Below are positions 18,957-29,099 of a DNA stretch of 64,000 bases, one piece after another. The translations under genes were made by a program, and so were the position numbers. Numbering within the stretch: position 1 is the stretch's first letter; each line of letters begins with the position of its first letter. This DNA is from an uncultured delta proteobacterium (GTDB lineage: Bacteria > Desulfobacterota > Desulfobacteria > Desulfobacterales > SG8-13), in assembly GCA_963848135.1 (NCBI GenBank), contig CAWKCK010000005.1, forward strand, positions 186,001 to 250,000. The letters run 5' to 3'. The notes beneath the pieces were generated by a model. It ran no database searches and had not been told where the DNA came from. It saw only the letters and a list, made by a program, of their open reading frames with translations.

Positions 18957-20858
18957 ATGGTGACTCGGAATGTGAAAATCAGATCCCATGTGATCCCGGT
19001 TCGGATTCTGTTGCCGGTCGTGATGACCGTTGCCCTGTTCGTGGGGACCATTTTTCTGCTCATCCTGCCGATTCTGGAGAATCGGATGATGACCGACAAA
19101 CGGGAGATGATCCGTGAATTGACCGAATCCGCCTGGAGCGTTCTCGATTCTTTCAGGGAAAAGGAAATCACGGGTCAGTTGCCGGGCAATCAGGCCCGTT
19201 TGCAGGCGATTGAGGCACTGCGGGCGCTGCGGTACGGACCTGAAAAAAAAGACTATTTCTGGGTCAACGACATGCACCCGTACTTGATCATGCATCCGTA
19301 TCGTCCCGACCTGGAAGGCAAAGACATTTCGGACTTTGCCGATCCCAACGGCAAAAAGCTCTTCGTTGAATTCGTCAAAGCGGTCGAGTCCGCGGGGGCC
19401 GGTTATGTGGATTATCAGTGGCAGTGGAAAGACGATCCCCTGCGGATTGTCCCCAAGATATCCTATGTCAAACGCTTCGAACCCTGGGACTGGATCGTTG
19501 GCACCGGCATCTATGTCGAAGACGTCCGCAACGAAATCGCAACCATTACCCGCCGGTTGACATATATTTGCCTGGCGATCCTGCTGTTGATCGTCGGCCT
19601 GTCCGGTTACACGGTCTGGCAAAGCACCGTCAGTGAACGCCGACGGCGCCTGGCCGACACGGCGTTGCGGGAAAGCGAGGAAAAATACAGGTTGCTGGCC
19701 GAAACCGCCCATGAATTCATTCTCGCATTCGAGCCGGACGGACGGATTTCGTATGCCAACAGCGCCTGGCTGGAGTCCAGCGGATTCGATCCGGTCGCCA
19801 TTCGAAAGATGAATATGGCGGATATTCTGCCGCTCGACGAACAGGCAGCATTCGAAGAACGCCTGGAAAAACTGCTGGCCGGAGACACGAACCCGCCCCT
19901 GTATGCATCGCATTTCCTGCTGAGAAACGGGTCCCGCATCCCGATCGAGGCCACCCTGGCCGCATTGCGGGAGGGTCCAGAGATACATCGAATTTTCATC
20001 ACGGCCCGGGATGTCACCGAGAAAAAGAAAGCCGAAGACCAGGCCCGAATGCACCGGGAGCAGCTGTATCAGGCCGATAAATTGGCGACACTGGGAACAC
20101 TGGTTTCCGGTGTCGCGCACGAGATCAACAACCCGGTCACTTTTGTCATGCTCAATGCGCCCATACTCAAGCAGGCCTGGCAGGCGGTGCTCCCCATCCT
20201 GGACGAACACCAGAAAAACCATGGCGATTTCAGAGTGGGTCGGATGGACTACTCCCGGCTGCGCGAGAGGCTTCCCTTGCTGGTGGGCAATATTATCGAA
20301 GGTGCCGAGCGGGTCAAAGCCATCGTGGGAGAACTCAAGGATTTTGCCCGCCAGGGTTCGGGTGATATGACGGCGGCCGTCGACATCAATCACACCGTCG
20401 CCAAGGCGGTCGGCCTCGTTGGCAACTTGATCAAAAAGAGCACCCACCATTTTGAAACAAATTATGCGGAGGCGCTTCCCCCCGTGACCGGCAACCCTCG
20501 CAAGATTGAACAGGTGGTGATCAATTTAATCGTCAATGCCTGTGAGTCGCTGCCCGATCCAGGGAGGACTGTGCAGATTGCGACGACCTACGATGTCGAT
20601 AGCGCCAGCGTCATTATCGACGTGCGCGACGAGGGCAGCGGTATGCCACCGAAAGTACTTCAACGAATCCGAGACCCCTTTTTCACCACCAAACGCGAAT
20701 CCGGCGGAACCGGACTCGGGCTGGCGATTGTCGACCGAATCGTCGACGATCACAAGGGCCAGTTGGCTTTCAGCTCGGTCGTGAACCAGGGAACAACGGT
20801 TCGGGTCAGCCTGCCGGCGACCAATCCATCTGTTAACGAGCAGGAAACGACATCATGA
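18957..20858 (+). CDS. Cache(2)-PAS sensor histidine kinase
   Basis: TM, DYFWVND...MHP...DPNGK Cache motif, TM, PAS, GVAHEINNP H-box, N/G1/F/G2 boxes (PFFTTK, GTGLGL). Confidence 0.95.
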   Translation: MVTRNVKIRSHVIPVRILLPVVMTVALFVGTIFLLILPILENRMMTDKREMIRELTESAWSVLDSFREKEITGQLPGNQARLQAIEALRALRYGPEKKDYFWVNDMHPYLIMHPYRPDLEGKDISDFADPNGKKLFVEFVKAVESAGAGYVDYQWQWKDDPLRIVPKISYVKRFEPWDWIVGTGIYVEDVRNEIATITRRLTYICLAILLLIVGLSGYTVWQSTVSERRRRLADTALRESEEKYRLLAETAHEFILAFEPDGRISYANSAWLESSGFDPVAIRKMNMADILPLDEQAAFEERLEKLLAGDTNPPLYASHFLLRNGSRIPIEATLAALREGPEIHRIFITARDVTEKKKAEDQARMHREQLYQADKLATLGTLVSGVAHEINNPVTFVMLNAPILKQAWQAVLPILDEHQKNHGDFRVGRMDYSRLRERLPLLVGNIIEGAERVKAIVGELKDFARQGSGDMTAAVDINHTVAKAVGLVGNLIKKSTHHFETNYAEALPPVTGNPRKIEQVVINLIVNACESLPDPGRTVQIATTYDVDSASVIIDVRDEGSGMPPKVLQRIRDPFFTTKRESGGTGLGLAIVDRIVDDHKGQLAFSSVVNQGTTVRVSLPATNPSVNEQETTS

Positions 20859-22279
20859 GCACTCCCCGGCCTACCCAACCGATCCTCATCGTGGATGATG
20901 AAGCCGCCATATTGCTGGCCATCGACACGGCCTTGCAAATGGCCGGGTTCAGCAACACCCTGACCTGTCAGGACAGCCGCCAGATCGTTGATCTCATGGC
21001 TAAACATAAGGTGGAAGTTCTCCTGCTCGATTTAACGATGCCCCACATCGACGGCCATAAATTGCTGGATCAGGTGAGCCGGGAATTCCCGGAAGTTCCA
21101 GTGGTGATCGTCACCGGGGCAGTGGATGTCGATACGGCAGTTTTATGCATGAAATCAGGTGCTTTTGACTATGTCATCAAGCCTGTTGAAGTCGACCGCC
21201 TGGTATCGGCCGTCAACCGGGCGGTATCGTTCAGGGAACTGAAACGAGAAAACTTTGCCCTGAAGCAGCACATTCTCAACGACACGCTGGAACGACCGGA
21301 TGCCTTCACCGACATCATCACCAACAATAAAAAGATGCTGTCCATTTTCCAGTATATCGAATCGATCGCTCAGACGTCACAGCCGGTGTTGATACGGGGT
21401 GAAACCGGGGTGGGCAAGGAACTCATTGCCCGGACCCTGCATACCCTCAGCGGTTTAAAAGGATCATTCGTCGCAATCAATGTCGCCGGACTCGATGACA
21501 ACGTTTTCTCCGACACCCTGTTCGGTCATCTTCGGGGCGCCTTCACCGGTGCAGAAAGGGACCGGAGGGGGCTCATCGAACAGGCTGCCGGTGGAACCCT
21601 GTTTCTCGACGAAATTGGCGATCTGAGTCCGGCCTCGCAGGTGAAACTGCTCCGATTACTGCAGGAGAGCGAGTACTTCCCCCTGGGACAGGATGTGGCC
21701 ACACTATCGGATGCCCGCATCGTGGCCTCGTCCAATGTCGATCTGTGGGAACGTCAAAAAGCCGGCCTGTTCCGCAAGGATTTGAATTACCGTCTGCGAA
21801 CCCATCGGATTTACATACCACCGCTGCGGGACCGGAAAGACGACCTCCCGCTCCTGCTCGACCATTTTCTAAGTAAAGCCGCCGCCGAGCTGAATCGCAA
21901 GAAGCCGACGGTACCCAAAGAACTTTTCACGCTGCTCCGAACCCACTCCTTTCCCGGAAATGTCCGCGAGTTGCAGACCCTTGTTTTCGACGCCGTCAGC
22001 CAGCACAAGGGCGGCATCCTCTCTTTGAATGTGTTCAAGGGCCACATCAAACTTCACCTGTCACGGGAAAATCCCGCACCTGAGGCCACCGGCGAAACCC
22101 CGGAGGAGCGACCGGAGCGAATCGGTTTCCCTGAGGACTTGCCGACCATCAAGCAGGCCACACGCCAACTGGTCTCCGAAGCCCTCAAACGGGCCGGGGG
22201 TAATCAGTCGATTGCCGCCGGTATGCTGGGAATTACGCAACAGGCCTTGAGCAAACGGATTAAAAAGATGAAAGCATAA
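20855..22279 (+). CDS. Sigma-54-dependent NtrC-family response regulator
   Basis: Receiver domain, GETGVGKE, GAFTGA, LFLDEIG, FPGNVREL and Fis-type HTH. ATGA overlap with the kinase. Confidence 0.96.
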   Translation: MSTPRPTQPILIVDDEAAILLAIDTALQMAGFSNTLTCQDSRQIVDLMAKHKVEVLLLDLTMPHIDGHKLLDQVSREFPEVPVVIVTGAVDVDTAVLCMKSGAFDYVIKPVEVDRLVSAVNRAVSFRELKRENFALKQHILNDTLERPDAFTDIITNNKKMLSIFQYIESIAQTSQPVLIRGETGVGKELIARTLHTLSGLKGSFVAINVAGLDDNVFSDTLFGHLRGAFTGAERDRRGLIEQAAGGTLFLDEIGDLSPASQVKLLRLLQESEYFPLGQDVATLSDARIVASSNVDLWERQKAGLFRKDLNYRLRTHRIYIPPLRDRKDDLPLLLDHFLSKAAAELNRKKPTVPKELFTLLRTHSFPGNVRELQTLVFDAVSQHKGGILSLNVFKGHIKLHLSRENPAPEATGETPEERPERIGFPEDLPTIKQATRQLVSEALKRAGGNQSIAAGMLGITQQALSKRIKKMKA

Positions 22280-22426
22280 TTGCTGCCGTGCGGCAATGCT
22301 GTGTGACCCCCTTTATTCTGATGGCCGATTTCCATCGGGCGCGGTGCTATTCGTGGTAAATCGTTATAAAACCACTATCCGCAGCGGTCTCAATCGGGAC
22401 CTATCCATTGAAACCGAAGAACACCC

Positions 22427-22525
22427 ACAACGCAGGTTGTATCCACAACCTGCGTTGTAATCGTATCGGATCACCGTTTCCGCCTTGTTCGGTCATACGC
22501 CCTCGCTGTTTACAACCAAAGTTGT
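22427..22525. promoter_or_regulatory. Three bEBP upstream activator sites ACAAC-N4-GTTGT
   Basis: Palindromic ACAAC/GTTGT half-site pairs at 22427-22440, 22445-22458 and 22512-22525. Confidence 0.8.
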
Positions 22526-22605
22526 AACCAAAAGAACACGCCATCCTCGCAATACAAATAGAAATATTGCAATATTTACAGATAGATAAATTAATGTCGA
22601 ATTAT

Positions 22606-22620
22606 TGGCATTACTTTTGC
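22606..22620 (+). promoter_or_regulatory. Sigma-54 -24/-12 promoter
   Basis: TGGCATTACTTTTGC, with canonical GG-N10-GC spacing. Confidence 0.85.
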
Positions 22621-22745
22621 TCTGCTAACAAGCGAAACAATATTCGATTCTTAGTAACGGTTCAAATAATGAATAAAATTCACTGAATATTGTTTATTAT
22701 TTATTCACCATTTAATTTTCATCACATTCAGGAGAGGGGTCACGC

Positions 22746-24158
22746 ATGGAGAAGATCAAGAACCGCGGCAAGCAGGTCGTTATGGCCGGATTGGGCATCA
22801 ATCTCGCCCTCGGAATCCTTTATACATGGAGCATATTCAAACTCGAGATCAAAGAATCGATTCTTGCCGGAGACGGCCGCTTCAATTGGGACATGGCCTC
22901 TCTGAACGATCCGTTCGCGGTGTGCTGCCTGATGTTCACACTCGGCATGCTGGCTGCCGGTCGACTCCAGGACAAAGTCAATCCGCGGTTGACGGCCATT
23001 TTCGGTGGCCTTCTCACCGGTGCCGGATTATTGGCCTCTTCCCAAAGCACGATTCTGGCCAACTGGATTCTCGGGTTCGGTGTCCTGACCGGTCTGGGTC
23101 TCGGGTTCGGTTATGCGTCTGCCACCCCTCCGGCCATCAAATGGTTTCCGGCGTCCAAAACTGGGATGATCGCCGGTATCGTGGTCGCCGGTTTTGGTCT
23201 GGCATCGGTCTATATTGCGCCGCTGGCAAATTTCCTGATGTCAAAGTACGGTATCAGCCAAGCCATGCTGATCTTCGGCGTGGCCTTTTTGGTCGTTGTC
23301 TGCGGACTGGCCATGCTGCTCGTCAATCCGCCCGAAGGTTACAAGCCTGAAGAAAAGGAACAGAAGAAGGTAACCACCCTGCGTTCGGCGACAAAGACAG
23401 AAGAGTTTCCCCCAAGCGAGGTCATCAAGACCAACACCTTCTACAAGCTCTGGTTCATGTTCTTCGTCGCTTCCGGTGCCGGATTGATCATCATCGGCAG
23501 CGTAGCCGGAATGGCCAAACAGAGCATGGGCCATTTGGCCTGGGTCGTGGTGGCCCTGCTCGCCATCGGCAATGCCAGCGGTCGCGTTGTGGCCGGTATC
23601 TTGTCCGATAAAATCGGTCGTACCCGTACCCTTTTCACCATGCTGACATTTCAGGGTCTGGTCATCACTTCATTGATATTTTTGGGTGAGGGCCAGGCCT
23701 TTCTACTGGTTCTGGCAGCAACATTGATCGGTTTCAATTACGGCACCAACCTGTCCCTGTTTCCCTCAGCCACCAAGGATTGTTTCGGTTTGAAAAACTT
23801 TGGCATGAACTATGGCCTGGTTTTTACGGCATGGGGTATTGGTGGATTCATATTTCCGCGGGTGTCTCAAATGATCGTCGCAAAGACAGGCTCCCCCGAA
23901 GCCGCTTACATCATGGCTGCCTTCCTGCTGTTTATCAGCGCCGGAATGACCTTTTTCACCAAAGCACCGAAAAGCCTGCGCTCGAAGGCCAAAATTATCA
24001 CCGCCCTGGAACCCGGCAAACTTTACAATGGGTATTTCATTTACCAACCCGGTTTTGTTTCCGAAACGGTTGATGAAGTCGCCAAAGACGAAGCCGCCGC
24101 CTCTAAAACGATCATCAAGCGGCTGCCGAATTTCTTTCTCAACCGTAAAACCGGATAA
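22746..24158 (+). CDS. OFA family MFS transporter (oxalate/formate antiporter-like)
   Basis: LGILYTWSIF, GRLQDK, KWFP, GIVVAGFG and NFGMNYGLVFTAWG; 12 TM. Confidence 0.92.
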   Translation: MEKIKNRGKQVVMAGLGINLALGILYTWSIFKLEIKESILAGDGRFNWDMASLNDPFAVCCLMFTLGMLAAGRLQDKVNPRLTAIFGGLLTGAGLLASSQSTILANWILGFGVLTGLGLGFGYASATPPAIKWFPASKTGMIAGIVVAGFGLASVYIAPLANFLMSKYGISQAMLIFGVAFLVVVCGLAMLLVNPPEGYKPEEKEQKKVTTLRSATKTEEFPPSEVIKTNTFYKLWFMFFVASGAGLIIIGSVAGMAKQSMGHLAWVVVALLAIGNASGRVVAGILSDKIGRTRTLFTMLTFQGLVITSLIFLGEGQAFLLVLAATLIGFNYGTNLSLFPSATKDCFGLKNFGMNYGLVFTAWGIGGFIFPRVSQMIVAKTGSPEAAYIMAAFLLFISAGMTFFTKAPKSLRSKAKIITALEPGKLYNGYFIYQPGFVSETVDEVAKDEAAASKTIIKRLPNFFLNRKTG

Positions 24159-24280
24159 AAAAGGGTCTGTTTCCAGCAATGCCGGGCAATCTCGCAAGCT
24201 GAAAGGGAGATTGCCCGGCATGTGTTGAAAGAAAACCATGTCCCAATCCGCCAAGCAGGACTCTGCAGATTGTCCGCAGT

Positions 24281-24634
24281 CTATTTGGCAGTGCGTTTCA
24301 ACCAGAAATCGAATGATCGTCCGGGTACGAATATATCCAGCCCCACGGACGGATCTCCCAGGGCGTTCTTGACAATGTGCGGCTCGTTCCCGGGTATGTA
24401 AACCGCGTCACCTTCATCGAGAACCACCTCGCCCTCCTCGTCGGTCACGATTGTCAGTTGACCTTTCAGTACAACCAGAACTTGGGCATTCGGGTGACCG
24501 TGGCGGGGTGAGGCATGGTGTGGCGGTTTGACGAAATGCTCGATGGAAATGTCTTTTTCGTTGCACAGACTCACCCGCTTCCAAGCGGGTTCGGGTTCAT
24601 AGTTCTCCGCAGTATTGAATCGGATCACTTTCAT
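24281..24634 (-). CDS. Cupin domain protein
   Basis: PRHGHPNAQ...VLKG and GDAVYIPGNEPH cupin motifs; GAAGGAG RBS. Confidence 0.88.
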   Translation of the reverse strand: MKVIRFNTAENYEPEPAWKRVSLCNEKDISIEHFVKPPHHASPRHGHPNAQVLVVLKGQLTIVTDEEGEVVLDEGDAVYIPGNEPHIVKNALGDPSVGLDIFVPGRSFDFWLKRTAK

Positions 24635-24784
24635 TGTTCGGACTCCTTCCCTTTATGAATTCCACAAACTTTTCCCTTAGCGGGCTGGACGGCACAGGGG
24701 CATGCGCTTTGTGGTTACCGCAGCCGAGAACCCGCGCAGAACACCACCCCGTGTAAAAAAGCATCACGTCCGGATGATTATGCG

Positions 24785-25726
24785 CTAATTATCAGGAAAC
24801 CGAAGTCCATATATCTGGCGGACTTCGTTCCGGTCGAAGGTAAAAAGTGTGCTGCAGTTATGACAACGCATCTCGAGCGGAAAAGGTCCATTTTCGCGTA
24901 TGTCGGTCAGGTCTTCAAACGGCAGCATCAGCAGCAGATTACGCACTTTCTCTTTATTGCAGTGACACATGAACTCTACCCGGCGCTCGGCGAGAACCCG
25001 AGGGGTGTAGTCCCAAAATTCGACTTGAAGCAGCTGTGCGGGGCGGTTGCCGGCGTCAATGGCCATGCCGAGAGATGGAAATTGAGCAACTTTCGCTTCC
25101 AATTCGGCGACAATCGCATCGTCTGCTCCGGGCATGGTCTGAATGAACAGACCGCCGGCGCCGACAACCCGACCGTCACGATCGAACTGGATGCTCAGGT
25201 TGAAGGCCGAGGGTATCTGTTCGGACGTCAGACAATAGTGCGCCAGGTCCTTGGCGATATTGCCGTAGTGAAGCGCGACCCTGCCGGTAAAAGGCTGTTT
25301 GGCCTTCTCGAGGTATCGTGTTACGGATAGTAAACCGGCACCGAAAAAAGGTGCCAGATCGAAGCTTCCCATCGGCTTTTCGATTGGAATCGGCACGCTT
25401 TTCAGGTAGCCGCGAACCTCCCCAAATGCGTTGGCATCGACCACCAGGCCCTTGATCGGTCCGCTACAGTCAATCTGCAGGCAGATCCGGTCATCACCTT
25501 TCATACCGGCCGTCATCAATACCGCTCCCAGATAAGCCCGACCGAGTACGAGGGTTTCAAAAATACCGAGCGCATGGTTGGCGCGCATTTCATTAACCAT
25601 GCGGGTGCCGTTGACAACGACCCCGCGCACCGTATCGTCGGCCAATGTAAAATGGGTCAAACGGTCGTTGGCCCCGGCGAGCAGCAGCGCTTTCCGATCG
25701 TCGCCATAGATGTTTTTTTTGAACAT
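24785..25726 (-). CDS. hslO: Hsp33 redox-regulated chaperone
   Basis: SEQIPS, AGGLFIQTMPG and C-terminal CxC (MCHC) plus CxxC (CHNC). Confidence 0.92.
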   Translation of the reverse strand: MFKKNIYGDDRKALLLAGANDRLTHFTLADDTVRGVVVNGTRMVNEMRANHALGIFETLVLGRAYLGAVLMTAGMKGDDRICLQIDCSGPIKGLVVDANAFGEVRGYLKSVPIPIEKPMGSFDLAPFFGAGLLSVTRYLEKAKQPFTGRVALHYGNIAKDLAHYCLTSEQIPSAFNLSIQFDRDGRVVGAGGLFIQTMPGADDAIVAELEAKVAQFPSLGMAIDAGNRPAQLLQVEFWDYTPRVLAERRVEFMCHCNKEKVRNLLLMLPFEDLTDIRENGPFPLEMRCHNCSTLFTFDRNEVRQIYGLRFPDN

Positions 25727-25729
25727 GGT

Positions 25730-26194
25730 TTACTTTTCGAGTTTGTCGATACGGTCCTTCTGGTGACTGATCCGACTTTTCCAGGCAGCATCCTGCATGA
25801 GGTGAATTCCGGCCAAACGGTTGAATTCACGCGCCTGCTGCGCATTATTCTTAATCAGCCAGGCTTCGGCCAGGTAGTAATAATTCTGCCCACTGCTCGA
25901 ATCGAGAGCCACCGATCGCTCCAGAATGCGGATGGCCGCATCCGGTTCTCCGCGGGTCAGATGCTGCCGCCCTTGTCGCACCATTGCCGCGGCTGCGCGA
26001 ACGTGGGCATTGTGGGTTTCCGGTACCGAAGTCGTCGGCTGTTTGTCGGTCGGTGCGGGAACGGGTTTTGGCGCTGGTTGGGTCACGCGAACATCAGTCT
26101 TCTCCATGCAACCCAGAAGTACCAGTACGACCAGAATGCCGAAGAACATCAGTAAACGGTTATTTTCTCGGTGCGATAAGTCCTTTGAGTCCAT
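25730..26194 (-). CDS. TPR lipoprotein, LpoP-like
   Basis: Lipobox LLGC, Pro-rich linker and TPR helices (AAIRILERSVALD...NYYYLAEAW); immediately downstream of PBP1B. Confidence 0.75.
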   Translation of the reverse strand: MDSKDLSHRENNRLLMFFGILVVLVLLGCMEKTDVRVTQPAPKPVPAPTDKQPTTSVPETHNAHVRAAAAMVRQGRQHLTRGEPDAAIRILERSVALDSSSGQNYYYLAEAWLIKNNAQQAREFNRLAGIHLMQDAAWKSRISHQKDRIDKLEK

Positions 26195-28469
26195 CGATAA
26201 TCACCTTAAAAGGCCCTTGCGCCGGGTGGATCGGACATGGCCGATCAGGCTGCTTTTCTGTCAAAAAGACTTCCTCAACGGGTCGCGGACAGGTACGACC
26301 CTTGGCCAGCAGACCGGATTCACTGCACACCGTTAGCCGGACAACACCTTCGGGCATTCTGAAATCCGCTCCCGTAAAGTAGTCGGGAATCGAGGTCATA
26401 AAATCCGCCCATATCGGCAGGGCAGCCTTGGAACCGGAAGCATCGATCGCATCGCCATTGTCGAATCCGACCCAGACCAGTGCCAGGATATCCGGCGTGT
26501 ACCCGACAAACCAGGCGTCACGGAAATTATTGGTGGTGCCGGTTTTACCGGCAATTGATCCCGGAAGATTCCATGCTCCAAGCGCCCGGGCGGTGCCTTC
26601 GGTCACCACACTTCTGAGCATATCCGTTACGATATATGCTTTGGCCGGCGTGATCAAGTTCTCAATATTGAGATGGCGCTGATTGAGTATCTGGCCGTGA
26701 TCATCGGTGACATCCCGAAGAGACAGCGGATAAGGCAGCACCCCGTCACCCGCGAAGGCACAGTAGGCCCGGGCCAGTTCGATGGGAACTACTTCGAAGG
26801 CACCCAGCGCCAGGGATGGATACGGTCGGATCGGGGTTGAAAAATGAAATCGCGCCACCTGCGTCACGATCGATTCCAGACCCACCCGCATGGCCATATC
26901 CACAGTCGCCCGGTTATTCGACGTCGCCAGTGCCGTACGCATGCTGACATCAATTTCGGCATCTTCAGAAAAATTTTCGGGGGTCCACGGTTTATCGTCT
27001 ATCAGGTAGGTTTGGGGACCACTCGACAAGCGGGAAACCGGTGTCATGGTATCCAAAGCCGCCAGATAGACAAAGGGTTTGAAGGCACTACCAGGCTGCC
27101 GTCGGCTCTGAACGACCCGGTTGTATTGGCTCGTATTGTAATCTCTGCCACCAACCATGGCCAGAATAAAACCGGTCTTGGGCTGTAAAACGACCACCGC
27201 CCCCTGCAACTGGCGTGAAGGATCGGGTCTTTTCAGCGACGGCAAGGTTTGCTCCAGCCGGTTCAATCCGCGGACGAGGGCCTGTTCGGCAGCGCTCTGC
27301 ACCCGGGTGTCGAGCGTCGTAAATATCGAGAGACCCAGTCGGGTGAGGTCATCCGGGGAATAGAGTGCCTCGAGCTGTTGGGAAAGGTAATCCAAAAAAT
27401 AGGGCGCCTTTTTGACAGAGAAACTCTCCCCGACGGCAAGCACAGGTTGTGATCGGGCCGTATCGCGCTCTTCAACGTTGATCCAGCCTTTGGCCTGCAT
27501 CGCTTTGAGTACGTCATCCCGCCGCTGACGGCAGCGGTCGATATGGCTATAGGGTGAATAGCGCCCCGGGGCCCGGATCAATCCGGCAATCGTCGCTGCT
27601 TCGGCCAGCGATATTCGCTCGACACTCTTTCCGAAATAAAAAGTGGTCGCCTCACCGACGCCGTTGATGGCCACCGATCCACTCTGACCGAGGTAAATAT
27701 CGTTCAAATAGATTTCAAGGATCTGGTCTTTCTCGTACATCCATTCGATGATCACCGACATCATCAGTTCATTGAGTTTTCTGCTGAATGTCCTTTCAGG
27801 GGTTAAAAAGAAATTCTTTGCCAGTTGCTGGGTAATCGTCGAGCCTCCTTGTCTGATTTCGCCGTATCGCAAATTGACGTACAGGGCTCTGAGAATGCCA
27901 ACGGGATCGAATCCGTGGTGATCGTAGAACCGGCCGTCTTCGGCGGCAAGGACCGCGTAAATGAATTCGCTGGGCACCTGGCGGATGGAAACAAGCTGGC
28001 GGCGTTGTCGTTCCGGGCCGTAGAATTGGCCAATTTCCTCTGGCTCCAGTTCCAGGATCGGCAGCGGGTTCCGGTTGTCGACCCGCTCGATGGATTTTAT
28101 GACCTGTCGGTCAAAACGAATCCGGACGAGATCGCCCGGCCGACTCAGATTCGGTAGGGAAAAATCGTTCAAATATATCTCCGCCGAAGCCGCGGCAAAC
28201 CGTACCTCACCTTTTTTCTGCGGCCGGGCGCTGACAGTCCTGTATCGCAGACGGGATAGTTTCTCGCGCAGGTGATCCGGCCCGAACCGTTGCCCGGGAT
28301 ACAGCAGCGTCGTGTCTGAATAGACCGTGGACGGAATACGCCAGAGACGGGAGGAAAATCGCTTTTCAATCCGGGCAGACAAATGCCAGCCGTAAACGAG
28401 GACAGCGCCGATGGCGACTGCCAGAAAAATACACACCGACTTGAATAGTTTGTTCATCACGCACCACAC
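26160..28469 (-). CDS. mrcB: Penicillin-binding protein 1B (UB2H + GT51 + transpeptidase)
   Basis: EDGRFYDHHG, GGSTITQQLAKN, RKLNE, SAFKP, SNN and KTGT; UB2H-like segment (LREKLSRLRYR). Confidence 0.93.
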   Translation of the reverse strand: MWCVMNKLFKSVCIFLAVAIGAVLVYGWHLSARIEKRFSSRLWRIPSTVYSDTTLLYPGQRFGPDHLREKLSRLRYRTVSARPQKKGEVRFAAASAEIYLNDFSLPNLSRPGDLVRIRFDRQVIKSIERVDNRNPLPILELEPEEIGQFYGPERQRRQLVSIRQVPSEFIYAVLAAEDGRFYDHHGFDPVGILRALYVNLRYGEIRQGGSTITQQLAKNFFLTPERTFSRKLNELMMSVIIEWMYEKDQILEIYLNDIYLGQSGSVAINGVGEATTFYFGKSVERISLAEAATIAGLIRAPGRYSPYSHIDRCRQRRDDVLKAMQAKGWINVEERDTARSQPVLAVGESFSVKKAPYFLDYLSQQLEALYSPDDLTRLGLSIFTTLDTRVQSAAEQALVRGLNRLEQTLPSLKRPDPSRQLQGAVVVLQPKTGFILAMVGGRDYNTSQYNRVVQSRRQPGSAFKPFVYLAALDTMTPVSRLSSGPQTYLIDDKPWTPENFSEDAEIDVSMRTALATSNNRATVDMAMRVGLESIVTQVARFHFSTPIRPYPSLALGAFEVVPIELARAYCAFAGDGVLPYPLSLRDVTDDHGQILNQRHLNIENLITPAKAYIVTDMLRSVVTEGTARALGAWNLPGSIAGKTGTTNNFRDAWFVGYTPDILALVWVGFDNGDAIDASGSKAALPIWADFMTSIPDYFTGADFRMPEGVVRLTVCSESGLLAKGRTCPRPVEEVFLTEKQPDRPCPIHPAQGPFKVIIDGLKGLIAPRK

Positions 28470-28858
28470 AAAACATAGGGTTGATTAACCTTTGGAACGG
28501 CGATTATACAGACAGATCCGATGCGATGGAAGGGTTATTCGCCCGGTACGCAAACGACTGCAGGAAGATTGTCGCCACGCACGGCAATTTTTTTGAATGT
28601 CAGCCTTCAGAGCCTGGATCCCATAGAAGGGCAGCAGTCGTCCCACCGCAAGCCTCGTTTATCCGTTGGCCTTGATAGGGGTCGAATCCAGCGCTGTTGG
28701 CATAACTATATGGTATGAATAGTAAAATTGTCGAATGGGCAACCATAACCCATCACGGGAGGGGGTGAAGCGGTCGTCTTTGCATGCCCGGTGCCGTTGC
28801 GTAAATACGGTACTTCGGGTGAGAGGTCATCGGAGCAGGGATTGGAAACCGAAAGAAT

Positions 28859-28999
28859 TTAGTGTTCCGAGTCTTCGCGATCAAACGTTGCGTCGGTGTT
28901 CTCGGAACCGTCATCGAAATCACTCCAAGGGATTGATTTCTTGAACTCTTTCTCCACCAAATCTTCCCAATTGTAGCCGGGTCTGTATTCTTCGTGCAC
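28859..28999 (-). CDS. Small acidic hypothetical protein (46 aa), below the ORF-track cutoff
   Basis: Manual translation: GTG start, MHEEYRPGYNWEDLVEKEFKKSIPWSDFDDGSENTDATFDREDSEH*; AGAAAGG upstream. Confidence 0.5.
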   Translation of the reverse strand: MHEEYRPGYNWEDLVEKEFKKSIPWSDFDDGSENTDATFDREDSEH

Positions 29000-29059
29000 G
29001 ACAGCGAACCTTTCTCTGTTTACGATTCGGCGGCCCGGGTAACGCCTTAAGGAACACTA

Positions 29060-29099
29060 AAAGTATAACTCCCCGGGTGGCATACCACAGGGAGTTATA
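29060..29099 (-). terminator. Intrinsic terminator-like hairpin
   Basis: TATAACTCCC...GGGAGTTATA stem followed by CTTTT on the minus strand. Confidence 0.6.

Noticed and set aside
18846..20450. 534-aa minus-strand ORF and other long antisense ORFs (e.g. 2275-3315, 13741-14811)
   Set aside because: Shadow frames opposite well-supported genes, with no motifs.
28670..28720. tRNA-like GGGTCGAATCC and sigma-54-like TGGCATAA
   Set aside because: No cloverleaf, and no -12 element at the right spacing.
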